64,000 nt of DNA from a virus (Duplodnaviria; Caudoviricetes), in IMG/VR virus record IMGVR_UViG_2939020026_000003, positions 1-64,000 of that record, one strand, 5' to 3'. Shown one piece after another: positions 1 to 9,829 of this stretch. A program made the translations under genes and the position numbers. The notes beneath the pieces are model-generated. The model had not been told where the DNA came from. It searched no databases and worked only from the letters and a program-made list of their open reading frames with translations. Each line of letters starts with the position of its first letter. The stretch's first letter is position 1.

Positions 1-12
1 ATGATTCCGTTT

Positions 13-990
13 ATGGCCTATTACGAAAAGCGTGGCGACGCCTGGCGCGCCCAGATTCGACGCAAAGGATATCCGACGTTATCCGCAACCTTCGACACCA
101 AAGCAGAAGCCCAGCGCTGGGCTGCTGAACTCGAAGGTGACATGTCGCGCGCGAGATTTGTGGACGTGCGTGAGGCTGAAGCAACCAGTCTGGCCACAGC
201 TCTCGAGCGTTACGAATCAGAAGTCACAGAGAGCAAGAAGGGAGCCAAGCAAGAAAGGGTTCGCATCAAGAAGTGGATGGAGTCCAAGTTCGCGGGTAAA
301 TCATTGGCTTCTTTGCGATCGAGCGATATGGCCTCCTATCGTGATGCAGAGATCAAAGCTGGCCGATCCACTGCTACCGTCCGTCTTGACCTCGCGGTCA
401 TCAGCCATCTTTACACCGTCGCGACAAAGGACTGGGGTATCGAAGGGCTGACGAATCCATGTCGGGCATTGCGTATGCCCAAAGGCAGCAAGCAGCGAGA
501 ACGCCGGCCGACTGCCGATGAATTGAAGGCGCTATACAAGGCTGCCGGCGAAATCAGTCCAGAGTTGCCAGTTATCATCGAGCTGGCTGTTGAGACGGCG
601 ATGCGCCGATCCGAGCTGGTCACATTGCGTAAGGATCAAATTCGGGGAAAGGTAGCTTTCCTTGAGGACACGAAGAACGGCGAGCGCCGGTCAGTGCCGC
701 TTTCATCGAGAGCGCGCGAGCTGATAGAGGGGTTGCCTGCGCCTATCAAGGGCGGGCCACTGTTCCGGCTTAAGGCCGATACGGTCAGTAACTACTTCCC
801 GCTCGCTTGCGAGAAGGCGAATATTCAAGGGCTCCGCCTTCATGACCTGCGGCATGAAGCCACAAGCCGCCTGTTTGAGCGCGGCTTCACCATGATGGAA
901 GTGGCCAGCATCACAGGCCACAAAACTTTGGCGATGCTCAAGCGATATACCCACTTGAGCCCAGAGGATCTTGCTGAGAAACTAGGTTGA
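13..990 (+). CDS. int: Tyrosine recombinase / phage integrase
   Basis: Catalytic motifs TAMRRSE, K(NGE), HDLRHEA, TGH, RYTH; start could be at 1 or 13. Confidence 0.95.
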   Translation: MAYYEKRGDAWRAQIRRKGYPTLSATFDTKAEAQRWAAELEGDMSRARFVDVREAEATSLATALERYESEVTESKKGAKQERVRIKKWMESKFAGKSLASLRSSDMASYRDAEIKAGRSTATVRLDLAVISHLYTVATKDWGIEGLTNPCRALRMPKGSKQRERRPTADELKALYKAAGEISPELPVIIELAVETAMRRSELVTLRKDQIRGKVAFLEDTKNGERRSVPLSSRARELIEGLPAPIKGGPLFRLKADTVSNYFPLACEKANIQGLRLHDLRHEATSRLFERGFTMMEVASITGHKTLAMLKRYTHLSPEDLAEKLG

Positions 991-1324
991 TTTTTTGACA
1001 GCATAAGTTTCGGCAATCCACAGGGGTCAGTGTTTGTTGGGTGGCGTCAGAAAACTGTCTGCATTCTAAATGAAAATAAATTTAGCTTGAGCATAGTTAC
1101 AATAATTTGGCGTCATTGTTCTAGGCTTTAGACGGCTAATTGACATATAGAGATGGCCTGCAACTTGCACTGAACCATTGGCCTGCGGACATAGAAACTT
1201 TTTTTGACGTTCCAGGTCATAAAATTGGCTTGTGATAGCATTTTATGCTTTATTAAATGTGTGGCGGTATGTAGTATCGCCGCCCACCACATACGTACGG
1301 ACACGTTGGACCGGAGCCCAGACT

Positions 1325-1510
1325 ATGCAGACCACGCAGACCAATCGTACCAATTTCGAAGCAGGCTTTGCCTTGCTAAAGATTCCTTTTGCCAGTGAGA
1401 CCCATGCTGCGCCGAACCCTGGTAGTGCGGATATGTTCAAGCGCGCATCGGTTCTTACTGAGTCCAACACCAAATATGCAGCCAAATGCGAAGAGCTTCG
1501 CAAAGCTTAA
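1325..1510 (+). CDS. Small hypothetical protein (61 aa), first gene of a low-GC moron
   Basis: ATG at 1325 with GGAG upstream; followed by a terminator-like hairpin. Confidence 0.55.
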   Translation: MQTTQTNRTNFEAGFALLKIPFASETHAAPNPGSADMFKRASVLTESNTKYAAKCEELRKA

Positions 1511-1525
1511 TCATTAGCTGGTGAC

Positions 1526-1550
1526 AGGCCCGGCTTTGCCGGGCTTTTTT
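1526..1550 (+). terminator. Intrinsic terminator-like hairpin directly upstream of the protease gene
   Basis: AGGCCCGGC-TTT-GCCGGGCTT followed by a T-run. Confidence 0.7.
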
Positions 1551-1562
1551 ATGGAAGAATGT

Positions 1563-2459
1563 ATGCCAAGTTGGAATCAGGTACTAGATGAAATTATCGT
1601 GCAGAATGGACATGCCGGTGACGGTATTGATTCTGTTAGGCGAAAGTATATTGGACTTTTACAAAACCATACTGGTCGTAACGTAATATGCTACTACTCG
1701 GGCTTTCTGCAAAAGCCAGGGTATTCGCTATCCAGCGTAAACGATGATGACAAGAATGGCTTTATGAATGCAATTTATGTATTAGACCGTTCTAAGGGTC
1801 TAGATCTAATCTTGCACACACCTGGTGGTCGAATAGCTGCCGCTGAATCAATCGTCCATTACTTGCGCCAGATGTTTGGTACAGACATTAGGGCTATCAT
1901 TCCCCAAATGGCGATGTCTGCCGGGACAATGATAGCTTGTGCCTGCAACGAAATCGTGATGGGTAAACAGTCAAACATTGGGCCATTCGATCCACAGTTC
2001 GGCGGTATTCCTGCCTATGGAGTTCTGGAAGAGTTTGAGATGGCTGTCAAGCAGGCCGCTACCGACCCGCACTCGATACCAATGTGGCAGGCTATAATAA
2101 GTAAATATCACCCTACTTTTCTCGGTGAATGTCAAAAAGCGATTGAGCACGCTGGTGATATTGTGAATATGTGGTTAGTCACCGGTATGTTCAAAGACGA
2201 TCCTGATGCGTTGAACAAAGCGAACCTCATCGTTACTGCTTTAAATGATCATGCAGGAACCAAAACCCATGAGCGTCATCTTCACATTGAAGATGCTGTT
2301 GGGTTCGGGCTGAAGATATCTCCGCTGGAGCAGGACCCGACGTTGCAGGATTTAGTATTGACGGTTCATCATGCGTATATGCATGCTTTTGCCTCTACAA
2401 ACGCCGGAAAAATTATAGAAAACCACGCTGGCGCTGCAATTATTCAGATCGCATCCTGA
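1563..2459 (+). CDS. SDH-family Clp-fold (ClpP/S49-like) serine protease
   Basis: Motifs LDLILHTPGG, AMSAGT (catalytic Ser), IGPFDPQ, KTHERH. Confidence 0.85.
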   Translation: MPSWNQVLDEIIVQNGHAGDGIDSVRRKYIGLLQNHTGRNVICYYSGFLQKPGYSLSSVNDDDKNGFMNAIYVLDRSKGLDLILHTPGGRIAAAESIVHYLRQMFGTDIRAIIPQMAMSAGTMIACACNEIVMGKQSNIGPFDPQFGGIPAYGVLEEFEMAVKQAATDPHSIPMWQAIISKYHPTFLGECQKAIEHAGDIVNMWLVTGMFKDDPDALNKANLIVTALNDHAGTKTHERHLHIEDAVGFGLKISPLEQDPTLQDLVLTVHHAYMHAFASTNAGKIIENHAGAAIIQIAS

Positions 2460-2467
2460 CAGTAAGA

Positions 2468-2713
2468 TCACGCGACGCCTCTTAGCGTTGGAGGCGGTCG
2501 TCTCTTGCGCCCAGTTTTGGGAGCGGCGTGCTCACCATCTCTAAATTCACGCAGAAACTTGCGCACGTCATCTTTAAGCCAGCAATGCCTGCCGCCCATC
2601 TTGAAGCTTTTCGGCAGCCACTCTACGCCTCGGCGAATCCCTTCTCTAATCGACGCCTCCGTGCGTCCGAGCATCTTGGCGAGCTCAGGTATATGGATGA
2701 TTTCTGGTTCCAC
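2468..2713 (-). CDS. xis: Excisionase / AlpA-like HTH DNA-binding protein
   Basis: GTG start after AGGAG; IPELAKMLGRTEASIR HTH, PKSFKMGGRHCW wing, basic tail; converges on int. Confidence 0.75.
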   Translation of the reverse strand: MEPEIIHIPELAKMLGRTEASIREGIRRGVEWLPKSFKMGGRHCWLKDDVRKFLREFRDGEHAAPKTGRKRRPPPTLRGVA

Positions 2714-2790
2714 GGCAAACTCCTTGCCCGGCCTGCGCGGGGCAATTCTGAAATATTGGGTGCAGGGGCCGCGCTGGGCGGCGGAAGACG

Positions 2791-3525
2791 TTATTCCCAG
2801 TCGTGACTGAGCAAAGGGTTGATCGGCGGGTTGCACTGAAGCGTTGCCAGGTCCAGCAGCGTGAAATGACCATCCATCCAGCCTGCTGTATCAATGTGGT
2901 AGACGTTCCCGAGAATCGCGGGCTGGCGAAGCGGGGTATGGCCGACGACCAGCGCCTTGATTCCTGATACGCCAGAGGCGTCAGCATCTTGAATCCGGTT
3001 GCGCGACCACATGCAGGTGTTGTGAACCAGTTTCAGACGCTTGCGCGTCAGCGGACTCTCCAGCTCCGCGCGCAGCTTATCCCATGACGGGAATGGGCAA
3101 TCAGCGTGGACGATTCCGACCAGGCCGCCTGCCGTCTCCACCTCGATGGCGATTGGCAGCTCGTCGAACATGACTTGATAGTTCTTCTGCTCGTCAAGCG
3201 GTAGGCCCACGAACCAGGTGCCGCCGTTGTACATCCAGTTGCCGATGTCGCAGGTATCGAAACGGCAGACGTAATCGTCATGGTTGCCGCGCACCGGGTG
3301 AAACCAGGGCTTGTTCAGCCACTTGATCACGTCTTCGCACTCCGGGCCTCGGTCAACCAGATCGCCAACGCTGAACAGCCGATCAACTTCAGGGTTGAAA
3401 CCGACAGCATCGAGCGCCACCTGCAGCCGAGTGAAGTGCCCGTGTATGTCGCCAACCGCGAAATCGCGGCCAGCCGTGTTCTCGGTGAAGCGCTTGATGC
3501 GCACCACCTCTATTGTCTCGAGCAT
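2791..3525 (-). CDS. Ser/Thr protein phosphatase (lambda NinI/orf221-like metallophosphoesterase)
   Basis: GDIHG, GDLVDRG, RGNHD, GHT motifs. Confidence 0.92.
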   Translation of the reverse strand: MLETIEVVRIKRFTENTAGRDFAVGDIHGHFTRLQVALDAVGFNPEVDRLFSVGDLVDRGPECEDVIKWLNKPWFHPVRGNHDDYVCRFDTCDIGNWMYNGGTWFVGLPLDEQKNYQVMFDELPIAIEVETAGGLVGIVHADCPFPSWDKLRAELESPLTRKRLKLVHNTCMWSRNRIQDADASGVSGIKALVVGHTPLRQPAILGNVYHIDTAGWMDGHFTLLDLATLQCNPPINPLLSHDWE

Positions 3526-3572
3526 GTCTATTCCTCGCCCGCCGATCACCGGCAGGCTCTTTAGGGAAGGGG

Positions 3573-4358
3573 TTAGGCGGTGCCGAACAATTCGATTTGC
3601 GGTACCGGGGTATTGCGAAGCGCTATTGCTGAGGCGATGCGATCAGATGCGGTACCGAAGATCTTTTCGTCACGCTCAATTCCAATGAATCGTCGGCCAG
3701 AATGGATACAGGCTACACCCGTTGTGCCGCTGCCCATGCAGTTGTCGAGCACAATATCACCTTCGTTTGTGTAAGTTCGTATCAGGTATTCCATAAGGGC
3801 GACGGGTTTTTGGGTTGGGTGTTGGTTTTTCAGGCGGTTATCCTTTGGTAATTTCTGCACGCTACGAGGGTACCGCTCTGTTGATTCGTAAGGCGCTCGA
3901 ACAGATGAGGATTTTCCATAGTTGGCACCATGGTTGGCGTAAGACGCGTTAGTCCTTTTTATTGTGTGACCGGCTGTCATGGCAGGGTTGTAGGTCGGCT
4001 GCTTGCGATAAAAAACCAGAACATTTTCATGGGCTTTTAGTGGTGATTTTTTGGCATTCAGGAACCCGGTTGCCGCAGTTTTCTCCCAGATCCATTCGTA
4101 CTTAAGATGGCCAATTTGCGAAGCACCAAGAATCTTGTCAAAAGGTGTTTGGGCTGTAAGTATAATCGCGGCGCTTGGCTTGCAAATTCGCCAGTATTCA
4201 GGCCAAAGCCTAGAAAGATCTATTGGGCAATCCCATTTGTTCTGTGTCGTGCCATACGGCAAATCGCAAAGGATCATATCCACGGACGCATCCGGGATTG
4301 ATTTCATCAGTTCCAGGCAGTCGCCCTTGTAGAGCTGAATTTCCTCTTTCATGGGCAT
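3573..4358 (-). CDS. N6A/N4C DNA methyltransferase, beta class (copy 1)
   Basis: DLPY catalytic motif N-terminal, HPTQKP, DNCMGSGTTG SAM motif C-terminal; exact start uncertain (4352-4376). Confidence 0.92.
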   Translation of the reverse strand: MPMKEEIQLYKGDCLELMKSIPDASVDMILCDLPYGTTQNKWDCPIDLSRLWPEYWRICKPSAAIILTAQTPFDKILGASQIGHLKYEWIWEKTAATGFLNAKKSPLKAHENVLVFYRKQPTYNPAMTAGHTIKRTNASYANHGANYGKSSSVRAPYESTERYPRSVQKLPKDNRLKNQHPTQKPVALMEYLIRTYTNEGDIVLDNCMGSGTTGVACIHSGRRFIGIERDEKIFGTASDRIASAIALRNTPVPQIELFGTA

Positions 4359-4425
4359 AGCTCCGCCATACCGCACACGCGGCTGACATTGAATTGATTG
4401 AGAGGGGGTGGTTACTGCGGGGTGT

Positions 4426-4938
4426 TCAGCTTGGCCGGCCTTGAAGCACGTCCAGGATGTCGCTTAGGTAGCCAGTGGCAAAGCTCGGCTGTCCGGCTGC
4501 CGCATCACGAAGCTTCTGCACGAAAGCAGTCGCCTGCGTCAGTCGCTCATCCATCTTCGCCGTGGCGGGCTTGGCGTCCGGATTTGGCGAGAAGCGCAGG
4601 GCCGACTTGTACGCAGCGTCAAGCTGATCATCCAAGTCACCACCGGCCTTTTTGGATTCATTAAAGGCAATGATCATTTTTGCCCTCACGTCGTAGCAGC
4701 GCTCAACCGGCATGCGCGCCATCTGCTCGCCCTGCTGATCGGCTGGCAGCTTTCTATCATCCGGTACAGGCGGGTAGCCAGGAAACGGGGCGTGCTGATC
4801 GGCTGGCTGGGCGCGACGATTAAGAATCTCGAATAACTCGGGCCCGAAGTCAGCTATCTGATTAAGATCAATCAGGCGCTGACGCATACGCTCCAGCAGC
4901 TCACGCGACACTCGCACGTCGTTCGGTTCGTTGCTCAT
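4426..4938 (-). CDS. Hypothetical phage protein
   Basis: ATG after AAGGAG, overlapping the stop of the upstream ORF (ATGA). Confidence 0.7.
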   Translation of the reverse strand: MSNEPNDVRVSRELLERMRQRLIDLNQIADFGPELFEILNRRAQPADQHAPFPGYPPVPDDRKLPADQQGEQMARMPVERCYDVRAKMIIAFNESKKAGGDLDDQLDAAYKSALRFSPNPDAKPATAKMDERLTQATAFVQKLRDAAAGQPSFATGYLSDILDVLQGRPS

Positions 4939-5105
4939 GATTTGGGCTCCTTCGCGCTCTGCGCGTAACGGGCCTGACGCTCTCTGGAGCAGGCCTTGTG
5001 GTTTCCGACGGTTCGCATGAGTCCGCACACATCGCAGCGGGTCTTGTGCTTAAACCATGGGGATGGGATGGGGCTGTCTGAGGTGGAGCGGCTCAATGCG
5101 GGCAT
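4935..5105 (-). CDS. Small CxxC protein (56 aa; MPALSRSTSD...RCDVCGLMRTVGNHKACS...), not in the ORF track
   Basis: GAGGT RBS, ATG at 5105, TGA coupled to the next ATG. Confidence 0.6.
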   Translation of the reverse strand: MPALSRSTSDSPIPSPWFKHKTRCDVCGLMRTVGNHKACSRERQARYAQSAKEPKS

Positions 5106-5146
5106 GCGGATACCTCGCCGGTGTGGCGTGATTCGTGGCTGTTGAA

Positions 5147-5920
5147 TTAAGTGGTACCGAACAATTCGAATTGCGGTGCCGGGGTGTCACGAAGAGTTAT
5201 TGCTGCGGCGATCCGATCGGAGGCGGTACCGAATATCTTTTCGTCTCGCTCAATGCCGATGAATCGACGCCCTGATTGGATGCAGGCCACTCCTGTGGTA
5301 CCGCTTCCCATGGTGTTATCCATGACGAGCTGGCCGGGGTTGGTGTACGTGCTGATCAGGAAGTCCATCCAAGCCACTGGCTTTTGCGTCGGGTGGTAGC
5401 TGGCTGTCTGTTTGTCGCTCGAGAAGAACTGAACAGATCTAGGGTACCGCTCGGTGGAGTCGTATTCGGTAAGGTTCAAGGCTTTTCCGTAGCATTCAGA
5501 CTCGACTGACTTCCGCTTCGAGGTCTTTCGTTCGTGGCCGGTTGTCATGCGCGGGTTGTAAACCGGCTGCTTTCGGTAGAAGACCTGTGCACTCTCATGC
5601 GCCCTGAGGGGTTGTTTCTTGGCATTCAGAAAACCGGTAGCAGCACCTTTCTCCCAGATCCATTCGTATTTGTAGTCGCGGACGTTGCTGGACACCATCA
5701 GGGAAGTGAAGGGCTGCGCCGCGCAGAGGACGATTGCTGCATCCGGTTTGGCTATACGCAGGTACTGCTCCCATAGCGCGTCGAAGGGAATGATCACATC
5801 CCATGCGCATTGGGTTGTTCCGTATGGGAGATCGGCCAGCACCATATCCACACTGGCATCTGGCAGCAGCTTCATCACTTGCAGGCAGTCGCCCAGATAA
5901 AGCAGAGTTTCTTCGGGCAT
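5147..5920 (-). CDS. N6A/N4C DNA methyltransferase, beta class (copy 2)
   Basis: DLPY, HPTQKP, DNTMGSGTTG; paralog of 3573-4358. Confidence 0.92.
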   Translation of the reverse strand: MPEETLLYLGDCLQVMKLLPDASVDMVLADLPYGTTQCAWDVIIPFDALWEQYLRIAKPDAAIVLCAAQPFTSLMVSSNVRDYKYEWIWEKGAATGFLNAKKQPLRAHESAQVFYRKQPVYNPRMTTGHERKTSKRKSVESECYGKALNLTEYDSTERYPRSVQFFSSDKQTASYHPTQKPVAWMDFLISTYTNPGQLVMDNTMGSGTTGVACIQSGRRFIGIERDEKIFGTASDRIAAAITLRDTPAPQFELFGTT

Positions 5921-5993
5921 GACTTTTCTCCACCAGTCTAAGCAGGATGGTCGTTTTCAAAGATATGGATTTGGAGATTTGCTGCAGGTACCG

Positions 5994-6245
5994 CTACTCG
6001 GACCGCCCACCGCCCGCCATGAGTCTCGCAGCGCCTTTGAGTCGGGCGTTGAACCAGCGGCGAATGACATAGCCGCGAATGATGCTGATAACCGTGAACC
6101 AAGCGCCAATGACGAGATTGGTTCTGAATGGAACGTCGATGCCTACCATCGGAAATACGAGAAGCTGCGACAGCAAAGCAACCAAATAGCCGATTGCCGT
6201 GTTGATACAGGTCTCAATGAGAGACTCGATCTTTGTCTGGGTCAT
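5994..6245 (-). CDS. Small phage membrane protein
   Basis: 83 aa, two hydrophobic segments, YVIRRWFN motif typical of a common phage family. Confidence 0.75.
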   Translation of the reverse strand: MTQTKIESLIETCINTAIGYLVALLSQLLVFPMVGIDVPFRTNLVIGAWFTVISIIRGYVIRRWFNARLKGAARLMAGGGRSE

Positions 6246-6336
6246 ATCGAATTCCAGTCAGGCGCACTTCTCCGATACCGGATGAGGTGGCGCAGATGAG
6301 TTACGTGGGGTATTGCGGTTGACCGGCGAGTGCCAG

Positions 6337-6648
6337 TTATTCGTCGTGACAGATGCGAAGGGCTTCGCGGTTGTAGGCGAGCTGAAGCTTGTGCGCCACA
6401 GCTGGTGATACGGTGATTTCGTGGCGCGGAACTTCAAGCAGCGGCAGCGCGTCGCCCGGTCCGAGGCTGTGCAGGTGGTGAATCATCAGGGTCAGCGCCT
6501 CGCCCTGTTCCTCGATGCCAGCCCATGCCATCAGCTCACTCAGCGCCTGCTTGGTGCCGGGCCGCACCCTGAGCCGCAATTCCTCTTCCCCGGCCTTCTG
6601 CCGCTTGAGCGCCGTTCGCTCGTCCCGCTATTTCTGGGTCAGTGCCAT
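6337..6648 (-). pseudogene. Phage hypothetical protein with a premature TAG at codon 7
   Basis: ATG GCA CTG ACC CAG AAA TAG(6628-6630) CGG GAC..., then in frame with the 6337-6579 ORF; GGAG RBS upstream. Confidence 0.7.
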
Positions 6649-6729
6649 TTATCAGCTCCGTGTAGCCGCTGGGCGGCAAGTGAATGTGTTGCTGGCGTCT
6701 GCCGTGGCGGACGCGGCTTTGAAGACGCT

Positions 6730-7089
6730 TTATTTCGCCGGACTGCTGGGGTAGTCCAGGCCGTACTTCTGAACGATTCGCCTGATGACGGTGCGGTTGA
6801 TTCCGGTCAGCTTCTCGGCCTTGAAATGGCTTACGCCGAGGTCGCGCATCCCTTCAATCTGCTTAAGCAGCTTCAGGTCATACTCTTCGTCGACGTACTT
6901 CCGGTGATCAGCGCCGTTGTACCGAGGCTTACGGGGCGGCGGCTCTTTGCGCGGAGGCCTCGGCGCAACCCGGAATGAGCCGAGGTCGCGCACCTGACCG
7001 CCACTGCGCTGGAACTCGTTCACGGCCTGGGACAGTTCGTAGGATTTGATGCTGTTGGCCTGGATGGTGCTCAGTTCGGTGGTCATCAT
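6730..7089 (-). CDS. Hypothetical protein with C-terminal HTH-like segment
   Basis: 119-aa ORF coupled to the exonuclease stop. Confidence 0.75.
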   Translation of the reverse strand: MMTTELSTIQANSIKSYELSQAVNEFQRSGGQVRDLGSFRVAPRPPRKEPPPRKPRYNGADHRKYVDEEYDLKLLKQIEGMRDLGVSHFKAEKLTGINRTVIRRIVQKYGLDYPSSPAK

Positions 7090-8717
7090 GCTGCCACCTG
7101 CGTGATGGTTACTCCGTCCATTTGGAAATCAGCGCCTTGAATATGGACCAGGTCGTCCAGCGCGCCCCAGTTCACTGTGAGGACCGATATCGGTGCCCGA
7201 CCTTCGTAAACTGCTTTCACCAGCGCATGAAGGTCGGTGACGTTTGCTTCAAGCTTTGTCGGCTTGGGCGGCACCTTCGCAGATGGGGCGACGGTCGAAA
7301 TTCTCGGGGCTGGTTGTTCGACAGGTGCGTGATTCACAGCTACGTGCGGGGCGGGCGAGAATACTTTCGCTTTTTCAGCTTCCGCGAGCTTGGCCAACTC
7401 TTCCTGGCGAATGCGTTCGCGCTGAGCTTCTTCCTTTTTCGCCTCGGCCTGCTTGTGCTCGTCGATGCGCACCTTGATCAATGAAACAAGGTCATCGTTC
7501 GCTTTGAATATCAGTTGCTGAAGGTCGTTGAACAGGAAGTTATGGTCGACGGCCAATTCAGCCAGGCTCGCCAGGTTCAAGCGAATCGCGTCGGCCTTTT
7601 GGCTCGCTTCAATCTTTGCGCGGGCCAGCTCACTATCAGCAGCATCGCGAAGACTGACGATGGACTTTTTGCCCTTGATGACGCCGGCGAAATCCGCCGT
7701 TACTTGAGGAAGGGTCACGCGACCACCCAGCGAAGCATTGATCTGGTCGATGTGCTTTCTTAATGCCGCCTGGGCTGTCATGACAATCTCGTCACGGATG
7801 GCAACTTTGCGAGCCTTCACCAGTTTTTCGAGTTCCAGACGTTTTGCGCGGGTCTGCTCGCTGATCTGGTCTATGGTGCGGAACAGAAGTTCGATCGATT
7901 CTGTTTGGCTCAGGGCATGCTGCTTTGCCGCCGCGAGCTTCGATTCAACTTCGCCGCACCACTTCACTGTTTTGTCTGCATCGGCGAAATGCTTGTCAGT
8001 CTGCAGGTCAGTGTTGATTGCTCCAATCACTGCCAATGAGTGGGCCTTGAACTGTTCAAGGTTGCTGGCTGTAACCATGCCCGTCACTTCGATACGCAGC
8101 GCCGGCAGGTTGTCTGGTGCGGTGCCGACGGCCTCAGCGATTACCTCAATCGGTGAGTGCCCGGCCAAATCTGCTTCAAACTGCTTCCATCCTTCAACCA
8201 GTTGAGCGGCTCGGCCGGCAACCGGGCGATACTCCATGGACACGAAGTTATCAGGCGTACCGTCGGAGCAAACGAAGATGACTCGCTCAGCGCCGCTCAC
8301 CATGAGTTGCTGCTCAAGCTGCCAGTAGTAATGGGGCTCAAGCTCTTGGGCACGCACCTGGGCGACCAGCGATTCATTCCACAGCTTGTGCTCGAACAGC
8401 GTGTCACCGAGCATCGTTGCGCCATCCATTGATGCCAGAAGGTTTCCGCTGCTGCCGACTATTGGGTAAAGCTCCTCGCCGATTTTGACCTCAACCAGTG
8501 GCCTGGCCATCGCCTCGGTGGCGTGGCCTTTGTCGAAGATGCGCTGTTGCTGAGGCGTAACTTCTGGGCTGATCCCTGTTTTCTTCTGGGTCAGCAGTTC
8601 GGTGCGGCTCTGGTACTTCGAGGCACCCATCATTGCCGGTGCTTCTGACGCGGTGAAGTGCTGGGCGCGGATAGCATGCCACTCGGCGCTGCCCTGGCTT
8701 ACGTTATGAATTTTCAT
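7086..8717 (-). CDS. YqaJ-like (lambda-exonuclease family) recombination nuclease with coiled-coil C-terminus
   Basis: QGSAEWHAIR, TASE, LASMDG, FEHK, YYWQLEQQ motifs. Confidence 0.9.
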   Translation of the reverse strand: MKIHNVSQGSAEWHAIRAQHFTASEAPAMMGASKYQSRTELLTQKKTGISPEVTPQQQRIFDKGHATEAMARPLVEVKIGEELYPIVGSSGNLLASMDGATMLGDTLFEHKLWNESLVAQVRAQELEPHYYWQLEQQLMVSGAERVIFVCSDGTPDNFVSMEYRPVAGRAAQLVEGWKQFEADLAGHSPIEVIAEAVGTAPDNLPALRIEVTGMVTASNLEQFKAHSLAVIGAINTDLQTDKHFADADKTVKWCGEVESKLAAAKQHALSQTESIELLFRTIDQISEQTRAKRLELEKLVKARKVAIRDEIVMTAQAALRKHIDQINASLGGRVTLPQVTADFAGVIKGKKSIVSLRDAADSELARAKIEASQKADAIRLNLASLAELAVDHNFLFNDLQQLIFKANDDLVSLIKVRIDEHKQAEAKKEEAQRERIRQEELAKLAEAEKAKVFSPAPHVAVNHAPVEQPAPRISTVAPSAKVPPKPTKLEANVTDLHALVKAVYEGRAPISVLTVNWGALDDLVHIQGADFQMDGVTITQVAA

Positions 8718-9469
8718 GCTGCGGCACCTTCGAGTGGCTTCAGTTGGTTGATAGCGTCGACCTGCTCGGTTGTCAGCGTGTATTTGCTGCTTACGGTTGC
8801 GATCAGGTGCTCCGGGGATGATTTGCCAGCCTCGATAGCATCCCGCCATTTCGGCAGGTTTTCTGCCAGCTTTTCGTCTGGGTAGGCGGGCAGTTCAGTT
8901 GGCGCGGCGATCTTCTGCATGCTGGTCAATGCGGCAGCGGGCTCGCGCTCCTTCGCCATGTCTTGCAGCTCTTCCGCTACCGGCATACCGCGCAGCACGT
9001 CAGGGAACACGTCACGCAGTGCAAACGCTCGGGCGCGCATCTGGCGCATACGCTTGGGGTGTTGGGTCCACGGGCCTTGCTTGCCTGCCAGCCCGGCCAG
9101 CTTCGCGTCGTCCATGTTGAAGCTGCGGGACTGCTCTTCTTCGCCGCGGCGCTTAACTCGGCACGTGGCGGTGTGGCCGTCGTCGTCTTCGTACACGTAT
9201 TCACAAAGAGGAGATCCGCGTACCAGAGCGATAACTGCGTCACCCCATAGTGCGGGACGCCCGTTGATCACTGCGATGTTCTGCATAGCCTGGAGTGGCT
9301 GCAGGCCAAGCTCCAAGCCCCACTGGATGGCGACCAGAATGTTACCCGGGTTGCCGAGGAATTCTTTCGGCACGATGGTGGACTTGGCGAGGATGCCCGC
9401 GAACTCCATAGCCTCAGTCAGCGATGAAGGCGTGAGGCTGAAACTTTGCTTTACGGTTAAATCAGACAT
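8714..9469 (-). CDS. RecT/Beta-family single-strand annealing protein
   Basis: GLELGLQPLQAMQNIAVINGRP, PWTQHPKRM, FALRDVFPD; paired with the exonuclease. Confidence 0.85.
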   Translation of the reverse strand: MSDLTVKQSFSLTPSSLTEAMEFAGILAKSTIVPKEFLGNPGNILVAIQWGLELGLQPLQAMQNIAVINGRPALWGDAVIALVRGSPLCEYVYEDDDGHTATCRVKRRGEEEQSRSFNMDDAKLAGLAGKQGPWTQHPKRMRQMRARAFALRDVFPDVLRGMPVAEELQDMAKEREPAAALTSMQKIAAPTELPAYPDEKLAENLPKWRDAIEAGKSSPEHLIATVSSKYTLTTEQVDAINQLKPLEGAAA

Positions 9470-9524
9470 GGTTGCTCCTTGCGCCATGCCGTTGCCGGGG
9501 CGCTGCGATTGAATAGGGAAGGGG

Positions 9525-9716
9525 TTACTGCTGTGCGAAAGGGTCGAAACCAAGACATTCGACGCAGACGGCTGGTCCATCGCCGGTTGGTGATGGGCAA
9601 AGCAGTTCGTAGTCGACCTTCTTGCCGCACTCCATACAGGTGTGTCTGTCTACATAACGGTCGGCAAGGCGCTCGGCGCGACTGCGTGATAATTCGGTTA
9701 GGTCTGGAATCCTCAT
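9525..9716 (-). CDS. Small Zn-finger-like protein
   Basis: CMECG...CVEC; ATGA-coupled. Confidence 0.65.
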   Translation of the reverse strand: MRIPDLTELSRSRAERLADRYVDRHTCMECGKKVDYELLCPSPTGDGPAVCVECLGFDPFAQQ

Positions 9717-9829
9717 GAGGTCAGACTCGATGCGTAGGCACTGGCGAGCATCCAAGCGGTAACGAGGGTCAGGACGACGAATGAGCCTCGCCACGTGTAG
9801 ATGCGCAGCTGACGCTGCTTGCGGGTCAC
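9713..9829 (-). CDS. Small membrane peptide (38 aa, MTRKQRQLRIYTWRGSFVVLTLVTAWMLASAYASSLTS), not in the ORF track
   Basis: GTGA/ATGA coupling at both ends; basic N-terminus plus one TM helix. Confidence 0.6.
   Translation of the reverse strand: MTRKQRQLRIYTWRGSFVVLTLVTAWMLASAYASSLTS

Noticed and set aside
1-990. Integrase resembles the Rci shufflon recombinase family
   Set aside because: No sfx-like inverted repeats or invertible cassettes seen; its position and the att site fit a plain prophage integrase
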